Translations under genes and position numbers: made by a program
The notes under the pieces: model-generated
Seen by the model: the letters and a program-made list of their open reading frames with translations, nothing else
Told to the model about the DNA's origin: nothing
Databases searched by the model: none
Assembly: GCA_050247255.1 (NCBI GenBank)
Contig: JBFWUM010000012.1
Span: 22,716-86,715 of the forward strand
Length of the DNA: 64,000 nucleotides
Source of the DNA: Vicinamibacterales bacterium
Lineage (GTDB): Bacteria; Acidobacteriota; Vicinamibacteria; Vicinamibacterales; UBA2999
Reading direction: 5' to 3'
Shown: positions 46,799 to 53,587 of the stretch, piece after piece
Position numbering within the stretch: the first letter of the stretch is position 1
Layout of the letters: each line of letters begins with the position of its first letter

Positions 46799-49338
46799 GA
46801 TTCGGATCTCCTCATTTGGAAGGGAGTGCTCTTGACGATGCCGAGCACGAGCGCGGCGAAGCGGTAGTCCGATGTCCTGGCTTCGCGCAGGATGGCGCGG
46901 ATAGCCGGTGCGTCGTAGTAGTCGACGCCACGGCCGATGGCATAGGTCAACAGCTTTCCGGTGAGGTTCACCAGAAACTGATCACCATGCTTGACCAGGA
47001 CGTCCCGCAACCCGGGCAATCCGTCGATCGCCGAGCCGTCGGGATAGACGCCCGAGGTGTCGAGGGGCTCGAAGTTCTCATCGTAGGTGCGGTACTTGCC
47101 GACGGCGTCGAAGCTCTCGAGGGCGAAGCCGATCGGATCCATCAGCTTGTGGCACGAGGCGCACACCGGGTTCGCCCGGTGCTGCTCGACCCGTTGCCGC
47201 ATCGTGCGGACCTTGGTGACCTTTTCCCCGTTCTCCGCCAGGCCGGGGACGTTCGGCGGCGGCTCGGGCGGCGGCGCGCCGAGGATGTTTTCCAGCACCC
47301 ACTTGCCGCGGACCACCGGCGAGGTCCGGTTCGGGAAGGCGGTGACCGTGAGGATGCTGCCCTTGCCGAGCAGCCCGCGCCGCGGACTGTCATCGGGCAG
47401 GGTGACGCGGCGGAAGCCGATCCCCTTGATGTTCGGGATGTCGTAGTGTCGCGCCAACCGTTCGTTGACGAATGTCCAGTTGGCGGTCAGCAGCTCGAGC
47501 GCCGGCCGGTCCTCGCGCACGATGCTGTCGACGAACAGCTCGGTCTCGCGCTGGAACGCACGCGCCAGCGTGTCGCCGTAGTCGGGGAACAGGAACGGGT
47601 CCGGCACGATGTCCGGCAGGCGCCGCAACTGCAGCCACTGCCCGGCGAAGTTGTCGATCAACGCGCTCGACTTTGGGTCGGCCAGCATCCGGCGCACCTG
47701 GGCCTCGAGCACGGCCGGCTCGCGCAGGCGGCCCACTGTGGCCAGGTCGAGCAGCTCGTCGTCAGGAATGCTGCTCCAGAGGAAGAACGACAGCCGTGAG
47801 GCCAGCTCGACGTCGTCGACACGGTAGACGGGAGAGACGGCGGCCCTGAGCGGCGCGAACTCGGTCCGGAAGAGGAACGACGGGCTGACGAGAATCCGCT
47901 GCAGCGCCAGTTCGATCCCGCTGTCGAAGGTGCCGCCGGCGCGTCCCTGCGCGAAAAAATCGAGCAGCACCGCGAGGTCGGCGTCGGTGGGCGTGCGCCG
48001 GTAGGCGCGCCGCGCCAGCGCGATGAGAATCGTCCGCGCGCACGTGGGCTCGTCCGCCGGCCCTGCCGGCCGGCAGACGAAGACCCGCCGGTAACTGGGC
48101 GACGACTCGGCGCCGCCGGGGTTGACGGGGCCGAGAATCTCGAGCTCGCGCAGCGCCGCGCCTTCCCGCGTTTCGCGCTCGTCGTCGATGCCGCGGCCGA
48201 TGTACGGCTTCAGGAACGGCTTACGAAACCCTTCCGACACGGCATTGGTCTTGGCCAGGAAGGTGGCGCGGATCTCGTGCACGCCGGCCGTTAGCGGCAC
48301 GCTGACCACCCAGTCCTCGTCGACGTCCTTCGGCGCCGCCTCGCTGCGATCGATGCGCTGGGGGCGACCCTGCGACACCTGGCGCTCGAGGTTGAGGTCG
48401 GTGTTCGGCGTCGCCGGCAGGGTGAAGACCTGCACGCGGACGCCGTCGACGCTGATCTCCAGGTGCTGGTCGCCGAGATAGTGCGGGATGTCGTAGTCGA
48501 GGCCGCGGCCGATGCGAGCCTTGATCAGGTATTCGCCGTCGCGCGGGGCGAAGTAATCGACCCGGTGGCCGCCGCGCGTACCCGGCGGCATGCCGTCGAG
48601 TCGCACGTCCTGGTCGAGTTGGTCGGGTACGCGGAAGAAGTCCCCGTTGGGCGGCGCCGGCGTCCCGAGCGCGAGGCGGGCAATCTTCTGCGCCGCACTG
48701 AGGTAGCGATCCGTGAGCAGCGGCGACAGCTTGAGCACGCCGGCGATGTTGTCGAAGCCGTAGCTCACTTCGTCGGTCGGCAACAGCGCCGACGCATCGA
48801 TGTCGAGCGCGAGCAGATCGCGGATCGCATTCTGGTACTCGGCTCGGTTCAGGCGATGGAACGGCTCGGTGCGACCGGGGTTCGGCGCCGCCGTCGCGGC
48901 CCGGTCGAGCGCGGCCTCGAGCGACACGCGGAACTCGTCGATCGCCGGCTGCGCCGGACGCGGCATGCCGGCCGGCGGCATCAGGCCGGCGCGCAACTTG
49001 ACCGCCACCTTCTCCCACTCCCTGGCGTGGGCGGCGACGTCGGTGAGATCCAGCAGATCGAGTGCCAGGCCGCCGGTCTTCAACCGCTGGTTGTGGCAGG
49101 TGACGCAATAGCGATCGACGAAGGCCCGCGACGGCCCCGCCGGCTCCGCCTGCCGCGACGCCAGCGCCAGGGCGCCCAACGGGTCGCCGCCGCGCGCCGG
49201 AGCGCCGGCGATCGCCACGGCCACCGGCGCCGGGGCGCTCGCCGTGGTCGAGGAGGCCGCCGAAACCGCCACCAGACAACCCGTGAGGATCGAAGCGAGG
49301 AGAGAAGGCAGAGAGAACCGGCGCCATCGCATCGTCAT
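46795..49338 (-). CDS. DUF1592/DUF1588/DUF1595/DUF1587/DUF1585-type multidomain protein with CxxCH motifs (usual partner of DUF1552)
   Basis: FVDRYCVTCHNQRLKTGGLAL near the N-terminus and NPVCASCHKLMDPIGFALE near the C-terminus. Start placed at ATG 49338 (MTMRWRRFSLPSLL); the ORF-track GTG at 49359 would lie almost on the predicted transcription start. Confidence 0.8.
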   Translation of the reverse strand: MTMRWRRFSLPSLLASILTGCLVAVSAASSTTASAPAPVAVAIAGAPARGGDPLGALALASRQAEPAGPSRAFVDRYCVTCHNQRLKTGGLALDLLDLTDVAAHAREWEKVAVKLRAGLMPPAGMPRPAQPAIDEFRVSLEAALDRAATAAPNPGRTEPFHRLNRAEYQNAIRDLLALDIDASALLPTDEVSYGFDNIAGVLKLSPLLTDRYLSAAQKIARLALGTPAPPNGDFFRVPDQLDQDVRLDGMPPGTRGGHRVDYFAPRDGEYLIKARIGRGLDYDIPHYLGDQHLEISVDGVRVQVFTLPATPNTDLNLERQVSQGRPQRIDRSEAAPKDVDEDWVVSVPLTAGVHEIRATFLAKTNAVSEGFRKPFLKPYIGRGIDDERETREGAALRELEILGPVNPGGAESSPSYRRVFVCRPAGPADEPTCARTILIALARRAYRRTPTDADLAVLLDFFAQGRAGGTFDSGIELALQRILVSPSFLFRTEFAPLRAAVSPVYRVDDVELASRLSFFLWSSIPDDELLDLATVGRLREPAVLEAQVRRMLADPKSSALIDNFAGQWLQLRRLPDIVPDPFLFPDYGDTLARAFQRETELFVDSIVREDRPALELLTANWTFVNERLARHYDIPNIKGIGFRRVTLPDDSPRRGLLGKGSILTVTAFPNRTSPVVRGKWVLENILGAPPPEPPPNVPGLAENGEKVTKVRTMRQRVEQHRANPVCASCHKLMDPIGFALESFDAVGKYRTYDENFEPLDTSGVYPDGSAIDGLPGLRDVLVKHGDQFLVNLTGKLLTYAIGRGVDYYDAPAIRAILREARTSDYRFAALVLGIVKSTPFQMRRSES

Positions 49339-49376
49339 ATGACTCGTGACTCCAGGCACGTGATGTCCCGACCCTG

Positions 49377-49392
49377 AGCAAGACGGGTTCCA
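49377..49392 (-). promoter_or_regulatory. Candidate sigma-54 promoter (-24/-12) of the DUF1592-to-TauE array
   Basis: Minus strand reads TGGAAC-CCGTC-TTGCT (TGGCAC-N5-TTGCW spacing), ~40 nt upstream of ATG 49338. Confidence 0.45.
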
Positions 49393-49495
49393 TCCACCGG
49401 AGTACGGCCGGCGGCGCGCAATGATCCAAGCGGCGCGTTTGGGCGCAATTCACGCGCGGCATCCGGCGGCATGAGGTGCCGCCGCGCGCCCCGAT

Positions 49496-49510
49496 GAACA
49501 TTGCTGTTCG
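49496..49510. promoter_or_regulatory. Palindrome GAACA-TTGC-TGTTCG; candidate enhancer (UAS) site
   Basis: 5-4-5 dyad ~110 bp upstream of the -24 element at 49392. It has the same half-sites and a similar flank (TGTTCGTG-CGGCGCG versus TGTTCGTC-GGCGCGG) as 34433-34448. Confidence 0.4.
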
Positions 49511-49987
49511 TGCGGCGCGCGAGGGCACACAAGAACGTCATGCCGGTACAACCGGCGAGGTCCTCCCTCATCAGCGGGCACGGGAGGCGCGAGGCGTCCG
49601 GCCGCTGGCGCGCAGCGCAGACCCGCGGACCGAACGAATGGACGTTTCTGTCCGCTTCCAGCTGCGCGGTTCACCCAGGTCGAGGTCACGGACATGACCG
49701 CGAGCGCGCACCGACGCGCGTGCGCGATGACAATCGACGGTCTCGTTCGGATCCGCGTGTTGAAGACATTTGCGTCGAGCGCCTGCGGCCGACGAGGCTC
49801 GTGGCCGCGGCGGCCGATGCCGACATCGGCCGCGAGCGCTCGGCAACAGAACCGTCGGCCCCGCCGGCGCGTTCGCGACAAGCGCGTAGGGTTGACGCGC
49901 GCCGGGCGGCGCGTCTCGGCCGGATCGCCGTCGGCCGCACGCATTCCGCAGGAAAAAACCACGCGCCGGCCGTGTCCGATCGGGCGC

Positions 49988-50003
49988 TGGCCCATCACTT
50001 GCT
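49988..50003 (+). promoter_or_regulatory. Candidate sigma-54 promoter (-24/-12) of the second TonB-dependent receptor
   Basis: Plus strand reads TGGCCC-ATCAC-TTGCT, ~95 nt upstream of ATG 50098. Confidence 0.45.
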
Positions 50004-50097
50004 CGTGGGCCCAGCACGTTCACAACGTGATGGCGAACGCCGCGATCGACGCGGCGGTCCGACGCCATCGTTGCAATTCGGCAAGGGAGGTTCACCG

Positions 50098-52998
50098 ATG
50101 GTCCGATTGATCGGTTCGTTGATCGCATGCGCCATGCTGTCGTCGAGCCTCGCCGCCCAGCAGAACGCCACGCTGCAGGGCACAGTGCTCGACGAGCAGA
50201 AGGCCGTGATGCCCGGAGCCACAGTCATGCTGACGGAGACCGGTACCGGCCGCCAGTCGTTCGAGGTGACGACGCAGACCGGGCGCTACCGCTTCGAGAA
50301 CCTGCCTCCGGGGCAGTACGCACTCCGCGTCGAGTTGCAGGGATTCGCCACCGTGGAGATTCCGCGCGTTGAGCTCCTCGTCGGCGCCAACGCCACGGTG
50401 CCGGCGATCACGATGCAGCTGGGGACGCTGACCGAGACGATCATGGTCACCGGAGAGGCCCCGCTTGTCGATGTCACGTCATCGCAGGTGGCGGGCAACA
50501 TCGACCGGCGACAGATGGCCGAACTGCCGCTGCAGGGACGCAACTGGCAGGAGCTGTCGCTGATGGTGAAAGGGGTGACGGCCAACAACGCCGGCAACAC
50601 GCCCGGCGCCATCGACAACCAGTTCCAGCTGAACCTCGATGGCCAGCAGATCACCCAGCGCGTCGCCGGCTCGGGCTTCGGTCAGCCCAAGGTCAGCCGG
50701 GAGGCGATCGCGGAGTTCCAGATCGTCACCAACATGTTCGATATCACGCAGGGGCGGTCGACTGGCATGCAGGTGCAGGCCATCTCTCGTTCCGGCACGA
50801 ACGACCTGCGCGCGTCGGTGTTCGGCTTCTTCCGCAGTGACAAGCTCAATGCCGCCGACCCGATCGCCGGTGTGGTACTGCCGTTCGAGAACCAGCAGGT
50901 GGGCGGGACGCTCGGCGGGCCGATCCTGCGCGACAAGGCGCACTTCTTTTTGTCCTATGAATACGAGCGCCAGCCGCAGGACGTGTTCCTGGCGCCGACC
51001 CGCCTGCCGCACCAGACCTTCCAGTTCGAGACGAAAGACGTCAACAAGAACTACCTGGGGCGCGTCGACTACCAGTTTTCGTCGACCGACAGCCTGACGC
51101 TGCGCGGGCAGCGCTGGGCCTTCGACAACCCGTTCTCGATCTCGAGCGGAACGTCGCACCCGTCGACCGCCGACAACCTGCGATCCTTCGCCACCAACAT
51201 CGGCGGCACCTGGACGCACGTGACGAGCGCGAACCTGACGATGCAGATCAAGGGAGGCGTGAACCGCTTCTCCTGGTACAACGATGCCCTGCCATCGATG
51301 GACGTGCCCTTTCACAACACGCCGTTCTTTGTGCCCGAGCTCAGCTTCCCGGGCCTGACGATCGGCGGCGCCTCCAACTATCCCAACGACACGTGGCAGA
51401 ACACCTACAGTGCCCGCGCCGATCTCAACTGGCACTCCGGCGATCACGACGTAAAGTTCGGCGGCGAGTTCCTGCGCGTCCGCGACACCAAGGAATGGTC
51501 GCTGAACCGCCGCGGCACCTACGTCTTCTCAACGCGTCCGTCGGACGAGGAACTGGAACGTCGCTTCCCCGCCGACGCGTGGGACGATCCTGCGCGATGG
51601 GACATCAGCGGCCTCGAACCGTACCTGCTGCGGTTCGACATCAACTTCCACCCGGACTACCTGATTGATATCCCCCGTCCCACGTTCGCCGCATGGTTCG
51701 GCGACAACTGGCGCGCGACGGAGAACCTGTCCATCAACGTCGGCGTGCGCTGGGATGCAGACTGGGGGGCCACCGACCCGCCAAACGTCACCGAGACCGT
51801 GATTTTGATCGACAACGGACGCGAGTCGGGCGACTTTGGCTTCAAGACCGGCATTCGCGACCTCAACAACGTCGCGCCGCGCGGCGGCTTCGCCTATAAC
51901 GTTGGCGGCGGCGGTGACTTCGTGATCCGTGGCGGTACGGGTATCTACTTCAATACGCCGGTCTCGAATGTCACCTACAGCCACCAGTACTTCAACCAGG
52001 CCATCTCGGCGACGATCACGCCGAATGGCCCTGGCTTCATGGAGAACCCCACGCGCGGCATCACCGCCGAGGACTACCTCTCCGGTGCCGTCGCCGCGCC
52101 GATACAGGCGCCCCGGGTCATCGCCAGCGACTACGTGATGCCGTACAGCTGGCAGAGTTCGCTGGGGTTTCAGAAGCAGCTCGGCGCAGCGATGGGATTC
52201 GACATGGACCTCACCTATCTCGACGAGCGCAACCAGGTGCGCGGCCGCGATCCCAACCTCTTCTACGACCCCGTGACCGGCTACAACCTGAACCCGTCGA
52301 CGGCGGGAAGGCCCAATCCGGCGTACGGCCAGGTGCAATGGATGGAGAGCACCGGACGCACCGAGGCCCTCCTCCTCGCCAGCTCCTTCACTCGCCGGTT
52401 CAGAAGCAACTTCCAGGGCAGCGTCACTTACACGCGGACGCTGAAGAACAACAACAACACGACCGGGTTCGGCATTCAGGCCGACAACCAGTTCGACCTC
52501 GACGCGGACTGGTCGCGTTCGGCCGACTTCCAGCGGGACACGCTTCGCGCCAACGGCATCGTCAACCTGCCGTGGCAGACAACCGTCGCTGGCTCGTTCC
52601 TCTACGGCTCTGGCACCTACTACAACGCGACGCGCAGCGGCAGGCCGTTCAACAAGCCTGGAACCAACCGGCTCAACATCGGCGCGCCGATCGTGATCCC
52701 CGAGGCGATGCTGGATCGATGGGAGGGGCCGGATGTCATCGCCACCGGCGCCGTGTGGCCGCGCAACGCGCTGCGCGGTCTCCCCCTCTACAAGGTGGAC
52801 GTCCGCGTGTCGAAAGCGATTAGGGCCGGCGGCGTCAACGTCACCTTGCTCGGCGAAGTGTTCAACGTGTTCAACCGGAAGAACTACGGCAGCTTCACCA
52901 CCCAGCTTGACTCGGCGAATTTCGGGAAGCCGACCGCCAACTCCGGCAACGCCTATGGGCCACGATCCGGCCAGGTCGGGTTCCGCGTCGAGTTCTAG
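50098..52998 (+). CDS. TonB-dependent receptor with N-terminal carboxypeptidase-regulatory-like domain
   Basis: Start ATG 50098 (AGGGAGG RBS). Signal MVRLIGSLIACAMLSSSLAAQ, GATVMLTETGTGRQ..TQTGRYRFENLPPGQYALRVELQGF, and a terminal ..GFRVEF. Confidence 0.85.
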   Translation: MVRLIGSLIACAMLSSSLAAQQNATLQGTVLDEQKAVMPGATVMLTETGTGRQSFEVTTQTGRYRFENLPPGQYALRVELQGFATVEIPRVELLVGANATVPAITMQLGTLTETIMVTGEAPLVDVTSSQVAGNIDRRQMAELPLQGRNWQELSLMVKGVTANNAGNTPGAIDNQFQLNLDGQQITQRVAGSGFGQPKVSREAIAEFQIVTNMFDITQGRSTGMQVQAISRSGTNDLRASVFGFFRSDKLNAADPIAGVVLPFENQQVGGTLGGPILRDKAHFFLSYEYERQPQDVFLAPTRLPHQTFQFETKDVNKNYLGRVDYQFSSTDSLTLRGQRWAFDNPFSISSGTSHPSTADNLRSFATNIGGTWTHVTSANLTMQIKGGVNRFSWYNDALPSMDVPFHNTPFFVPELSFPGLTIGGASNYPNDTWQNTYSARADLNWHSGDHDVKFGGEFLRVRDTKEWSLNRRGTYVFSTRPSDEELERRFPADAWDDPARWDISGLEPYLLRFDINFHPDYLIDIPRPTFAAWFGDNWRATENLSINVGVRWDADWGATDPPNVTETVILIDNGRESGDFGFKTGIRDLNNVAPRGGFAYNVGGGGDFVIRGGTGIYFNTPVSNVTYSHQYFNQAISATITPNGPGFMENPTRGITAEDYLSGAVAAPIQAPRVIASDYVMPYSWQSSLGFQKQLGAAMGFDMDLTYLDERNQVRGRDPNLFYDPVTGYNLNPSTAGRPNPAYGQVQWMESTGRTEALLLASSFTRRFRSNFQGSVTYTRTLKNNNNTTGFGIQADNQFDLDADWSRSADFQRDTLRANGIVNLPWQTTVAGSFLYGSGTYYNATRSGRPFNKPGTNRLNIGAPIVIPEAMLDRWEGPDVIATGAVWPRNALRGLPLYKVDVRVSKAIRAGGVNVTLLGEVFNVFNRKNYGSFTTQLDSANFGKPTANSGNAYGPRSGQVGFRVEF

Positions 52999-53010
52999 TC
53001 CCCACACGCC

Positions 53011-53044
53011 GGCCACGAGGGCAGGCATGATGCCCTTCGTGGCC
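53011..53044 (+). terminator. GC-rich hairpin after the TonB receptor gene (no clear U-tract)
   Basis: GGCCACGAGGGCA-ggcatga-TGCCCTTCGTGGCC, a 13-bp stem with one bulge, 13 nt after the stop codon. Confidence 0.4.
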
Positions 53045-53188
53045 GTTCCCGCGCCATCCCACCCAGTATCACGTCCTCGCGATCCCGATCGGTTGAGTGC
53101 GATCTGTCGGCACGACCCCCGAACATGGCGCGCAGCAGTGGAGCTCCTGTGCGAGCTTCGGCAAGCGATACGGCCGGCAAACCATCCT

Positions 53189-53305
53189 GGCAGCGAGCTG
53201 TTCGTCGTCTACAACGAGGAACGCGAACAGCAGCGCACCGGCGTCCTGCCCGGCGCGGCGCATCGATCGTTCATCGTGAAAGTGAATCGGCTGTTCCGCT
53301 TCTGA
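53189..53305 (+). pseudogene. 3'-terminal remnant (last 38 codons + stop) of a DUF5916-like gene
   Basis: Encodes SELFVVYNEEREQQRTGVLPGAAHRSFIVKVNRLFRF, versus ..ELFVVFNEE.. at the end of 34633..36819. Sequence upstream of 53189 is unrelated, so no intact gene is present. Confidence 0.7.
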
Positions 53306-53534
53306 GCGGGTCGGCCGGCGGGAGAAGCATCCGGCTGGCGGGAACGCCCCGCCAGCCGGTGCCCGTTGGAGGAGAGATACGCGTTACATGAACGCGCGGG
53401 ACGTCTCTCCAGAGAGCAAGCCGACTGCCACCTTCGGCCGTGACGGCCGGACACCACATTTCAGGCGTTTTTCCGATTGTTTTCGGCGTTTTCCCGCCGG
53501 TGCGGGTTCCCGCGGAACGCCGACAGAAACGTGG
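53189..53534 (+). repeat. 346-bp direct repeat, copy B
   Basis: 344/346 identical to 36703-37048. Confidence 0.9.
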
Positions 53535-53587
53535 AAACCGCCGACGTCCCCATACAAAGACGAAGGATCGCCCTCCGGACCGTGCCG

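Noticed and set aside
49450-49998. 182-aa ORF (minus) and 73-aa ORF 49476-49697 (plus) inside the 738-bp intergenic region.
   Set aside because: They have an Arg-rich improbable composition, no RBS and no recognisable domain. The region is better explained as regulatory DNA.
49900-50097. Cobalamin or other riboswitch in the leader of the second TonB-dependent receptor.
   Set aside because: No B12-box-like (GCCACTG-type) element or other recognisable riboswitch core was seen. This is only an eye inspection.
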